Assembly: GCA_946187975.1 (NCBI GenBank)
Contig: CAMHTE010000001.1
Coordinates: 726-64,725 of the forward strand
Direction: 5' to 3'
Source of the DNA: an uncultured Bacteroidales bacterium
GTDB taxonomy: Bacteria > Bacteroidota > Bacteroidia > Bacteroidales > UBA932
DNA length: 64,000 nucleotides
Positions 8,979-17,908 of the stretch are shown here, in pieces. Numbering within the stretch: position 1 is the first letter of the stretch; each line of letters begins with the position of its first letter. A program made the translations under genes and the position numbers. The notes under the pieces are model-generated. The model was not told the DNA's origin, made no database searches, and saw only the letters and a program-made list of their open reading frames with translations.

Positions 8979-10046
8979 CTATTTTTCCAGACGGGCTTTG
9001 GCGTAGTCGGCTGTAAGGTGGAAGACCTTGCGGCGCGACGACGGTGCCTCGTACATAGCGTCGTTCATGATGCGCTCGCATATCGCACGCAGTCCGCGGG
9101 CTCCGAGCTTCTCCCTGATGGCGGTATCCACGATGACATCCAGCACCTTCGGATCGATCTCCAGCTTTATGCCGTCGATTTCGAAGAGCTTCTCGTACTG
9201 GCGAAGTATGGCGTTGCGAGGCTCGGTAAGGATGCGCTTGAGCGCCTTGCGGTCCAGCTGGTCCAGGTTCATCAGCACGGGGAGGCGTCCCACTATCTCC
9301 GGAATAAGTCCGTATTTGCGTATATCCTGAGGCTCCACGTAGCGCAGAAGGTCATTCTTATCAACCGTCGCCTTGCGTCCGTTGTCGAAGCCTATCACCT
9401 GGGTGTTGAGCCTCTGCGCGATTATGCGCTCTATCCCCTCGAAGGCACCTCCGCAGATGAAGAGTATATTCTCCGTGTTCATGTGCACGAACTCCTGCTC
9501 CGGATGCTTGCGGCCGCCCTGGGGCGGAACGTTTACTACGCTGCCTTCCAATAACTTGAGCAGGGCCTGCTGAACTCCTTCTCCGGCTACGTCACGGGTT
9601 ATGGACGGGTTGTCGCTCTTGCGCGAGATCTTGTCGATCTCATCGATGAACACTATTCCGATTTCGGCCTGTTCCTGGTCGTAGTCGGCCTCCTGAAGCA
9701 GGCGGGAGAGTATGCTTTCGACGTCCTCGCCCACATATCCCGCCTCGGTCAGCACGGTGGCATCCACGATAGTGAAAGGCACCATCAGCATCTTGGCAAT
9801 AGTGCGCGCCAGCAGGGTCTTGCCGGTTCCGGTGGGACCAACCAGAAGCACGTTGGACTTTTCCAGCTCCACACCGTCGTCGGGATGCTCCACCACATTG
9901 TGCAGTATGCGCTTATAGTGGTTATAGACCGCAACGGACAGGAGCTTCTTGGCCCTCTCCTGACCTATTACGTACTGGTCCAGGAAGGACTTTATCTGTT
10001 TGGGTTTGGGAAGCCTGGTCCCCTTTGTCGAAGTAGCAGCCATCAC
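8979..10046 (-). CDS. clpX: ATP-dependent Clp protease ATP-binding subunit ClpX, lacking N-terminal Zn-binding domain
   Basis: [12 protein letters not shown] pore loop, DEIDK, GGRKHP, IGF loop, GARGLR; follows clpP. Confidence 0.95.
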   Translation of the reverse strand: MMAATSTKGTRLPKPKQIKSFLDQYVIGQERAKKLLSVAVYNHYKRILHNVVEHPDDGVELEKSNVLLVGPTGTGKTLLARTIAKMLMVPFTIVDATVLTEAGYVGEDVESILSRLLQEADYDQEQAEIGIVFIDEIDKISRKSDNPSITRDVAGEGVQQALLKLLEGSVVNVPPQGGRKHPEQEFVHMNTENILFICGGAFEGIERIIAQRLNTQVIGFDNGRKATVDKNDLLRYVEPQDIRKYGLIPEIVGRLPVLMNLDQLDRKALKRILTEPRNAILRQYEKLFEIDGIKLEIDPKVLDVIVDTAIREKLGARGLRAICERIMNDAMYEAPSSRRKVFHLTADYAKARLEK

Positions 10047-10717
10047 TTGCCCCGCTTTGTGAGGATGCGGTCCACCATGCCGTAGGCAAGGGCTTCGGAA
10101 CTGTTCATCCAGTAGTCGCGGTCGGCGTCGGCGAACACCTTTTCGTAAGGCTGGCCGCTATGCTGGGCGATAATGCAGCAGAGTTCCTCGCGCGTCTTTT
10201 CGATTTCCTTCGCGGCAATGAGTATGTCCGATGCCTGTCCGCGCGCTCCACCGAGGGGCTGGTGAATCAGTACGCGGGAATGGGGAAGCGCGGAGCGCTT
10301 GCCTTTTGTGCCTGCGCACAAAAGTACGCTTCCCATGGAAGCGGCCATTCCCGTGCAGATCGTAGCCACATCCGGTTCAATGAGCTGCATGGTATCGTAA
10401 ATTGCGAGACCGGAGGTTACCTGTCCGCCGGGGGTATTGATATACAGCGAGATATCGCTCCCCTCACCCGTCGATGCAAGATACAGCAGCTGGGCCTGAA
10501 TGATATTGGCCACATCATCGTCCAGGGGCACGCCGAGGAAAATGATGCGGTCCATCATCAGGCGGCTGAAAACGTCCATCGACGCCACGTTCAGGCGGCG
10601 CTCCTCCAGAATGGTGGGATTGATGTAGGCGTCGGTCGCCGAGGCGTAACGATGGAGCGTTGCGGAACCCACCCCGCGCTCGGAAGCGGCGAATTTTTCG
10701 AAATCGTTCCTTGCCAT
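10043..10717 (-). CDS. clpP: ATP-dependent Clp protease proteolytic subunit
   Basis: [33 protein letters not shown]. Confidence 0.97.
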   Translation of the reverse strand: MARNDFEKFAASERGVGSATLHRYASATDAYINPTILEERRLNVASMDVFSRLMMDRIIFLGVPLDDDVANIIQAQLLYLASTGEGSDISLYINTPGGQVTSGLAIYDTMQLIEPDVATICTGMAASMGSVLLCAGTKGKRSALPHSRVLIHQPLGGARGQASDILIAAKEIEKTREELCCIIAQHSGQPYEKVFADADRDYWMNSSEALAYGMVDRILTKRGK

Positions 10718-10720
10718 AAA

Positions 10721-11713
10721 CTATTTGAGTTCGCGGAACTTGTCCGAGGAAATCTTCTTCTCCTTGATGGTAATCTCTTCCTTGAGCTTGCCGAAGACCT
10801 TGCTGTCCTCGACCTGTTCCACAAGGCGGTCTATCTGCTTGCGGTCCGAGAGCACATTGGCTACGGAATCCTTAATGATATTCTCGGGAACGTTGCCCAT
10901 GCCGTACATCGCGTACTGGTAGCGCACGAATCCGGCGGCAGCCTCCTCAATATCCTTCTGCTCCACCTTGAAGCTGTATTTGCGCATGAGGGCGGTACGG
11001 ATAAGCTGCCAGCGGAAGTCCGCGAGGAAGCCCGCGAAGTCCTTCTCGATATCTTCCTTACTAACCTTGCCGCCGTTGGCCTCGAACAGCCAGCGCTTCA
11101 TGAAGGCTTCGGGAAGGTCGAAGGATGTCTTCTCCACGAAATGGTCGCGGATGTCCTTGCTGAGGCGCCATTCGGCCTGCTGTGCATACTCGGAGGTGAG
11201 ACGTGCGTCGAGTTCGGCTTCGATGTCGGCGTCGGACTTCTCTTCCTTACGGTCGGCGTAGTACTTCTTGAGGTTCTTCAGCATCTCGGCCTTATCCTTC
11301 GCCGAAGCGCTTATGGCATAACGGTTTACGGAATCGGTCTTGGCCACGGACACCTCGATGTCGGGATAGGTGGCTATGTCGAACACGAAGCGGAAATCGT
11401 TACCGTCCTTCCATTCTATCTCGGGTTGCTTCTCGCTGGAGAGAGGCTCTCCGAGCACGTTCAGCTTATTCTTGTCTATAAAGTCCTGCAAACCCTTGGA
11501 CACTACCTCGTTCACCGATTCCGCGAGGGCCTGCTCGCCGTACACGCGACGTATCATCGACTCGGGAACCATTCCCTTGCGGAAGCCCTTGAAATCCGCC
11601 GTCTTGCGGCGCTGTGCGAGTATTTTACGTTCTGCTTCCGCGTAATCTGCCTGCTCAACGTCGATGGTAAGTTCGATGTCCAGGGCATCAATCTGTTTCT
11701 TCTGAAGTTTCAT
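10721..11713 (-). CDS. tig: Trigger factor lacking the central PPIase domain
   Basis: GFRKGMVP ribosome-binding signature; position upstream of clpP-clpX; only 330 aa. Confidence 0.9.
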   Translation of the reverse strand: MKLQKKQIDALDIELTIDVEQADYAEAERKILAQRRKTADFKGFRKGMVPESMIRRVYGEQALAESVNEVVSKGLQDFIDKNKLNVLGEPLSSEKQPEIEWKDGNDFRFVFDIATYPDIEVSVAKTDSVNRYAISASAKDKAEMLKNLKKYYADRKEEKSDADIEAELDARLTSEYAQQAEWRLSKDIRDHFVEKTSFDLPEAFMKRWLFEANGGKVSKEDIEKDFAGFLADFRWQLIRTALMRKYSFKVEQKDIEEAAAGFVRYQYAMYGMGNVPENIIKDSVANVLSDRKQIDRLVEQVEDSKVFGKLKEEITIKEKKISSDKFRELK

Positions 11714-11722
11714 AATATTGAA

Positions 11723-13765
11723 TTACTGTTTGATTTTTCGTTTCGGATAAGCTATGCGCTCGTGGTACATCTGCGAGAGGTAGGCCTTGAGGCTGGCCTT
11801 TACCGTGCAGAGGTCGCGCAGGCTGATCTCAGCCTCGGAGAACTGCCCTTCCTCCTCCTTGCCGGCCACGATCCCTTCCACGAAGCGGTCGAAGGATGCG
11901 GCCGAATAGTCCTTGAGCGAGCGCGATGCGGCTTCTATGCTGTCGCAGAGCATAAGTATCACCTGCTCCCTGGTGACGGGCTTTCCGCCCGGATAGGTAA
12001 AGTCGGCACGATCTGCCTCGTCTCCCCCAGCCCGCAGGTGTTTGTCGAAGAAGTACGTAACTACGGTCGTGCCGTGATGGGTGGCGATGAAGTTCCTTAT
12101 TACGGACGGAAGATGATGACGCTGAGCGAGTTCCAGCCCATCCGTTACATGTTTTATTATATACTGCGCGCTCTGTGCGGGCGTCAGGTTGTCGTGATAA
12201 CGATCCACTCCCTCAGGCACCAGCATCGACTCGTTTTCGACAAAGCACAAGGGGTTGAGCATCTTGCCAATGTCGTGGTAAAGCGCTCCTGCGCGTATGA
12301 GCTGCACGTCGGCCCCCACAGATACAGCCACAGCATCCGCCATATTCATAACCTGCAGGGAATGCTGGAAAGTGCCGGGAGCCTTCTGTTCGAGTTCGCG
12401 AAGCAGCGGCAGCGAAGTGTCGCAAAGCTCGCTCAGGCGGTACACCGACACCAGATTAAAGATGCGCTCGAAGAGGTACGTAAGCGGGTATCCCGCCACG
12501 CAGAGCATGGCCGACACGAACAGGTACGATCCGGTACGCAAGATGTTGCCTCCGATAAAGTCGGTAAAGTGAAGCCCGAGGTAAACCACGAACATCACCG
12601 CGAAGGTTATGAAGGCGTTGAGGAACTGCCTCCAACCCTTATTGAAACGCTTGAAACTGATGATGGACACCACTCCCCCAATCAGGAAGACGAAGAAGAG
12701 CGCCACTCCGTTATCGGCGTAAAGCGCAATGGGATAAAGACTTACCGAGTACAGGAGCAGGATGAGCCTGTCGTCAAAGAAGGCTTCCAGGAAGAGGGCG
12801 CAGAGCACGAAGGGCACCATGCAGACCATTCCCGGTTCCACCCTCGGGACTATGATCGACGCGAGCGTAAACACCGCGAACACCATCAGCAGATAGAGGA
12901 ATTTTCCCTTGTCCGCAAAAATAGCGGGATTGAAGAAAAGCACCGACAGGAAGAACAGCAGCACTATCATCAGCGCTACTATCGCATTGCCTGCCCAGTA
13001 CATAATTCCGGGATTCCCGGAAGAAATGTTGTTGGAATACTCCCTCTCGTAGGAAGCTATTATCTGCGCGGTCTCTGCGGTGACTATCTCGCCGTTGGAG
13101 ACTATGAGCTGACCGGCGCTGACGTATCCGAGCGTCGGGGAAATCTCCTGATCCGCACCCGAACGCACGATATCGGTAGTGGTTTTATCGTATGCTAGGT
13201 TGGGTACGATCAGATCGGCAACCGGAAGGCTGCGGAACAGCGAATCCACGTCGGCTCCGGGAGCAGCCTCGGCCACTGAGGCCTTGAGGGCCTCGCGGGC
13301 TTCTGCCAGGAGATAAACCTCACTCACGGGGCACGATACGGCCTTTTTCCCTCGCTGGATATAGAGTATGCCCGAAGCGGATGAACCCTGAGGCACCGTC
13401 ACGCCCTCGTCGCTGACTATTCCCTTTTCGTAAATATCGCTCACCGCGGCGGAAATCACCGGACGCAGATGTGCGAAGGGACCGAGATCCATATTCTGCA
13501 CATTGCGCAGGCTGCGGCCAACCACCTCGTCGGAATACCTGTAATAAGGCACCACGCGCGACGTGTGCTGCAGACGCTCCGCCAATATCTGGTCGTCGGT
13601 CTTGAGTATGGGAAAATCGAAGGGAGATATGAGGGTTTCGTACTTCCACGGAGCCCCCTTCCTATACTCATAGTTAAGCTTAGGGTTGCGGGGCAGCGAC
13701 AGCAGTATGGCCGCAAAGAGTATTCCCAGCGGCAGCGCAACCCCTATCTTTTGCAGTTTGGTCAT
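11723..13765 (-). CDS. 7TM-HD (HDIG) membrane phosphohydrolase, PgpH-like
   Basis: Extracytoplasmic domain, multi-TM segment, APGTFQHS, YHDIGK, THHGT, CDSIEAASRSL. Confidence 0.88.
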   Translation of the reverse strand: MTKLQKIGVALPLGILFAAILLSLPRNPKLNYEYRKGAPWKYETLISPFDFPILKTDDQILAERLQHTSRVVPYYRYSDEVVGRSLRNVQNMDLGPFAHLRPVISAAVSDIYEKGIVSDEGVTVPQGSSASGILYIQRGKKAVSCPVSEVYLLAEAREALKASVAEAAPGADVDSLFRSLPVADLIVPNLAYDKTTTDIVRSGADQEISPTLGYVSAGQLIVSNGEIVTAETAQIIASYEREYSNNISSGNPGIMYWAGNAIVALMIVLLFFLSVLFFNPAIFADKGKFLYLLMVFAVFTLASIIVPRVEPGMVCMVPFVLCALFLEAFFDDRLILLLYSVSLYPIALYADNGVALFFVFLIGGVVSIISFKRFNKGWRQFLNAFITFAVMFVVYLGLHFTDFIGGNILRTGSYLFVSAMLCVAGYPLTYLFERIFNLVSVYRLSELCDTSLPLLRELEQKAPGTFQHSLQVMNMADAVAVSVGADVQLIRAGALYHDIGKMLNPLCFVENESMLVPEGVDRYHDNLTPAQSAQYIIKHVTDGLELAQRHHLPSVIRNFIATHHGTTVVTYFFDKHLRAGGDEADRADFTYPGGKPVTREQVILMLCDSIEAASRSLKDYSAASFDRFVEGIVAGKEEEGQFSEAEISLRDLCTVKASLKAYLSQMYHERIAYPKRKIKQ

Positions 13766-14577
13766 TACTTGAACGGACTGTCGGCCTCACGGGCGATGTA
13801 AGAATAAGTCATCCTGTCGGTCATGCGGGGGAAGAACCTGTGGGCCCAGACCGTAAGCTTGCCAAGGCCGGTGAGTATCACCTGCGAACGGCGGCGGCGG
13901 AGTGCGCGTGCAAGGTGCATCGCGCATTCTTCTGCACTCATCAGCTTATCTTCGTTGAGCGGAGTCTCCCCCTGTGCGCTTCCGTCGGCGGTGAGGGCCG
14001 CGTTGCGGACGTTGGAAGAGGTGTAACCCGGTGCGAAGACCAGCACGTTGAGGCCGTCCTTCAGGTGCTCGATACGGACCGTGTCCAGAAATCCGCGGAT
14101 AGCGTATTTGGACGCGGAATAACCCGTACGCGCAGGAAGGGCGGAATAACCCGCTATGCTGATGACTCCCACCAGCTGTCCCTTGCGTTCGAGCAGGTAA
14201 GGAAGGGCGTACTTGGTGCAGTTTACCGTACCCCAGAAGTTCACGTCCATCAGGGAATGTATCACCTTGAGGTCGAGGTCCTTGAACATGGCGCGCATGG
14301 AGAGGCCGGCGTTGTTGACGAGTATGTCGATACCACCGAAGCGGGCCACGGCCGCATCTACCAGCGCCTTGCAGTCCTCCTCCCTGGAAACGTCGCACTT
14401 CACGCAGAGAACCTTGTCCGGGCTCCCCACGGAAGGGGCGAGGGCTTCGAGGGTTTCCAGACGCCTCGCGGCCATAACCACACGTGCTCCCAGCGAACCG
14501 AAAAGACGCGCCGAAGCCAGTCCTATACCCGAACTGGCCCCGGTGACGATTATAACTTTGTCTTCGAAATAACTCAT
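13765..14577 (-). CDS. SDR oxidoreductase; candidate 3-ketocapnine reductase
   Basis: TGASSGIG, NNAG, YSASK; ATGA overlap with the upstream SulA-like gene. Confidence 0.8.
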   Translation of the reverse strand: MSYFEDKVIIVTGASSGIGLASARLFGSLGARVVMAARRLETLEALAPSVGSPDKVLCVKCDVSREEDCKALVDAAVARFGGIDILVNNAGLSMRAMFKDLDLKVIHSLMDVNFWGTVNCTKYALPYLLERKGQLVGVISIAGYSALPARTGYSASKYAIRGFLDTVRIEHLKDGLNVLVFAPGYTSSNVRNAALTADGSAQGETPLNEDKLMSAEECAMHLARALRRRRSQVILTGLGKLTVWAHRFFPRMTDRMTYSYIAREADSPFK

Positions 14578-15836
14578 TTGACTGTCATGGCTGCGATATC
14601 GTCGCCGTCATAAGCGCCGGCGTCGAGTTTGGCCTTGATTTCCTTGAATGCCTTGAGAGTATATTCCACATCTTCCATCGTGTGCGCCGCGGTGCAGACT
14701 ATACGGAAGATAATCATGCCCTTGGGGATAACCGGATAGATTACCATGGAGCAGAAGATGCGGTAGTTCTCGCGCAGGTCCTTGGCCATCTTGGTAGCCT
14801 GGGCTACACCGCCGAAGATATGCACGGGCGTAACGCATGCCTCGGCCTCGCCGATGTCGAAACCTTCTTTCCTGAAGCCGTCCTGGATCGCATGGGTAAT
14901 GGCCCAGCACTTCTTGCGGAGCTCGTCCCCCTCGGGAGAGTCGATGATCTCCATACGCTTCATATTACCTATCACGAGAGGCATGGGAAGGCTCTTCGCA
15001 TACATCTGGGAGCGCATGTTGGCGCGGAGGTAGTTGATGATGCTGTGAGGACCGGCCACGAAGCCGCCGATGCTGGCCATGCTCTTTGCGAACGCTCCGA
15101 TGTAAAGGTCGATGTCGTCCATAACTCCGAAGTGTTCCGAGGTGCCGCGGCCGTGCTCTCCGAGGAGGCCGAAGCCGTGGGCGTCGTCGATAAGGATGCG
15201 GAACTTGTGCTTCTTCTTGAGGGCCACGATGCCGTCGAGTTTGCCGAGGGCGCCGGTCATGCCGTAGACACCTTCGGTGATGAGCAGCACGCCGCCGCCG
15301 TTCTCCTCAGCCTCCGCGCAGGCACGGGTGAGCACCTTGTCGCAGTCGGCCATGTTGTTGTGGCGGTATTTGTACTTACTGCCTATGTGCAGGCGTATGC
15401 CGTCAAGCAGGCAGGCGTGGCATTCGGCGTCGTAAACCACCACGTCATGACGCGAAAGAAGGGCGTCGATGGTGGATACTATGCCCTGATAGCCGAAGTT
15501 GAAGAGGAAAGCGTCTTCCTTCTTCTCGAACTCGGCGAACTTCTTCTCGAGAGCCTCATGGTAACGGGTATGTCCCGACATCATGCGGGCGCCCATGGGA
15601 TAGGCAAGGCCCCAGTCCGCGGCTGCCTGTGCGTCGGCCTTGCGGACCTCGGGATGATTGGCCAGCCCGAGATAGTTATTGAGGCTCCAGTTGAGCACCG
15701 GAATGCCGTTGAATACCATATGAGGGCCCAGTTCCCCTTCGAGGCGGGGATACATGTAATAGCCGAAGCCCTGTTCGAAATACTGGCCTATAGGGCCGCC
15801 GGAATCTCTTTCGATCCTGTCAAAAATGTCCAACAT
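14574..15836 (-). CDS. PLP alpha-oxoamine synthase; cysteate acyltransferase (SulA/CapB)-like
   Basis: DIFDRIE..GGPIGQY..PRLEGELGP, NWSLNNYLGL, PMGARMMSG, DDAHG, FAKS (PLP Lys), RSQMYAKSLPMP. Confidence 0.8.
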   Translation of the reverse strand: MLDIFDRIERDSGGPIGQYFEQGFGYYMYPRLEGELGPHMVFNGIPVLNWSLNNYLGLANHPEVRKADAQAAADWGLAYPMGARMMSGHTRYHEALEKKFAEFEKKEDAFLFNFGYQGIVSTIDALLSRHDVVVYDAECHACLLDGIRLHIGSKYKYRHNNMADCDKVLTRACAEAEENGGGVLLITEGVYGMTGALGKLDGIVALKKKHKFRILIDDAHGFGLLGEHGRGTSEHFGVMDDIDLYIGAFAKSMASIGGFVAGPHSIINYLRANMRSQMYAKSLPMPLVIGNMKRMEIIDSPEGDELRKKCWAITHAIQDGFRKEGFDIGEAEACVTPVHIFGGVAQATKMAKDLRENYRIFCSMVIYPVIPKGMIIFRIVCTAAHTMEDVEYTLKAFKEIKAKLDAGAYDGDDIAAMTVK

Positions 15837-15854
15837 GGGGTTTTGTTTTAGTAT

Positions 15855-17897
15855 TTAAGCATCAATATTTGCGTAGTGTGCGTTCTCTTCGATGAACTGC
15901 CTGCGGGGCGGTACGTCGTCGCCCATCAGCATGGAGAAGGTCCTTTCGGCCTGGGCCGCGTTCTCGATAGTAATCTGGCGGAGCCTGCGGTTGGCGGGAT
16001 TCATGGTTGTCTCCCACAACTGCACGTCGGTCATTTCGCCGAGACCCTTGTAACGCTGGATGGTGTAGCCCTTGTCGGAGCCTTTGCCCAGCTTGAGCGC
16101 AGCTTCCTCGCGCTGTTCCTCGGTCCAGCAGTATATCTCCTCCTTGCCCTTCTTTACAAGGTAGAGGGGCGGAGTGGCCAGATATACGTAGCCGTTCTTG
16201 ATGAGGTCGAGCATGTAACGGAAGAAGAAGGTGAGGATGAGGCAGGCGATGTGGCTTCCGTCGACATCGGCATCGGTCATGATTACCACCTTGTGATAAC
16301 GGAGTCGGCTGAGGTCCATGTGCTTCTCGCCGGTTTCGTCTTCCTGGGCTACCCTCACTCCAAGGGCGGTGTAGATGTTCTGGATTTCCTGGCTCTCGAA
16401 GGCACGGCCTTCAACGGCCTTCTCCACGTTCAGGATCTTACCGCGGAGCGGCAGGATGGCCTGGTAGCGGCGGTCGCGGCCCTGCTTGGCGGTACCGCCT
16501 GCGGAATCTCCCTCAACGAGGAATATCTCGCACTTCTCGGGATTGTTGTCGGAGCAGTCGGCGAGTTTGCCGGGAAGCCCCGCACCGGTCATGACGGTCT
16601 TGCGCTGCACCATTTCGCGGGCCTTGCGGGCTGCTGCACGGGCGGTTGCCGCCAGCACCACCTTCTCGATTATCATCTTCGCGAGCTTGGGATTCTCCTC
16701 GAGGAAGATATCCATGGCCGCGGAGGTTGCCTGCGACACAGCGGAGGTTACCTCGGTATTACCGAGCTTGGTCTTGGTCTGGCCTTCGAACTGAGGTTCC
16801 GCCACCTTTACGGAAATGACGGCGGTGAGACCCTCGCGGAAATCTTCCGGGGCAAGTTCTACCTTGGCCTTCTCCAGCAGCTTGTTCTTGTCGGCGTAGT
16901 TCTTAAGCGCACGGCTGAGACCCATCTTGAAGCCCTGCAGGTGCGTTCCGCCTTCTATCGTGTTGATATTGTTGACATACGAATAAATCTTCTCGGTATA
17001 GCCGGTATTGTACTGTAGGGCTATGTCGATGGGTATGATCTTATCCGACGATACGCAGATGGGCTCGGGGATGAGCTTCTGGGCGCCGGCATCGAGATAG
17101 TCGATGAATTCGCGCAGGCCCTGCTCGGAATAGAAGACCTCGCTGCGGTAAACCTGCTTTCCGGTAGCCTTGCTTTCGCCGTCTTCACCGGTCACGAACT
17201 CGTCCACCAGGGTGCGCTTGTCGGTAAGCTTGATGCTGATTCCCTTGTTGAGGAATGCGAGCTCGCGCAGACGTGCGGCGAGGGTATCGTACTTATAGAC
17301 AGTAGTCTGGGTGAAGATGGTGGCATCGGGATGGAAGGTGATGATGGTCCCATGATCGGCTTCGGGGCAGGTTCCAACCACCTCAACCTGAGTGATGGGC
17401 TTGCCCTTTGAATACTTCTGCACGAACACCTGCCCCTCGCGGTGCACCTCGGCTATCAGGATGTCGGACAGGGCGTTGACGCAGGATACGCCCACACCGT
17501 GCAGACCGCCGGATACCTTGTAGTTGTTCTTGCTGAACTTACCTCCCGCATGGAGCACGGTCAGCACCACTTCGAGGGCGGAACGGTGCTCCTTCTCGTG
17601 CATGCCCGTAGGAATGCCTCGTCCGTTGTCTTCCACACGGATGGAGTTGTCCTCGAGGATCTGCACGTCGATGGAATCGCAGAAGCCAGCCATCGCCTCG
17701 TCTATACTGTTATCGACCACCTCATACACCAGATGGTGGAGTCCCCTCTCGGAAATGTCGCCTATGTACATGGACGGACGCTTACGCACCGCCTCAAGGC
17801 CTTCCAGCACCTGGATACTGTTAGCGGAATACTGTTCTTCCGCAACCTTCATCTCTTCTTGTTCAATCATTTTTGTATCGTTATTATAATCTATCAA
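15855..17897 (-). CDS. gyrB: DNA gyrase subunit B
   Basis: EVVDNSIDE, GGLHGVG, FEGQTK, VEGDSAGG, PLRGK, DADVDG, QRYKGLGEM. Confidence 0.97.
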   Translation of the reverse strand: MIDYNNDTKMIEQEEMKVAEEQYSANSIQVLEGLEAVRKRPSMYIGDISERGLHHLVYEVVDNSIDEAMAGFCDSIDVQILEDNSIRVEDNGRGIPTGMHEKEHRSALEVVLTVLHAGGKFSKNNYKVSGGLHGVGVSCVNALSDILIAEVHREGQVFVQKYSKGKPITQVEVVGTCPEADHGTIITFHPDATIFTQTTVYKYDTLAARLRELAFLNKGISIKLTDKRTLVDEFVTGEDGESKATGKQVYRSEVFYSEQGLREFIDYLDAGAQKLIPEPICVSSDKIIPIDIALQYNTGYTEKIYSYVNNINTIEGGTHLQGFKMGLSRALKNYADKNKLLEKAKVELAPEDFREGLTAVISVKVAEPQFEGQTKTKLGNTEVTSAVSQATSAAMDIFLEENPKLAKMIIEKVVLAATARAAARKAREMVQRKTVMTGAGLPGKLADCSDNNPEKCEIFLVEGDSAGGTAKQGRDRRYQAILPLRGKILNVEKAVEGRAFESQEIQNIYTALGVRVAQEDETGEKHMDLSRLRYHKVVIMTDADVDGSHIACLILTFFFRYMLDLIKNGYVYLATPPLYLVKKGKEEIYCWTEEQREEAALKLGKGSDKGYTIQRYKGLGEMTDVQLWETTMNPANRRLRQITIENAAQAERTFSMLMGDDVPPRRQFIEENAHYANIDA

Positions 17898-17908
17898 ATA
17901 TAAGCTTT

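Noticed and set aside
10160-13198. 1012-aa plus-strand ORF
   Set aside because: Antisense shadow of clpP, tig and the 7TM-HD gene caused by GC-rich codon bias; no recognisable motifs
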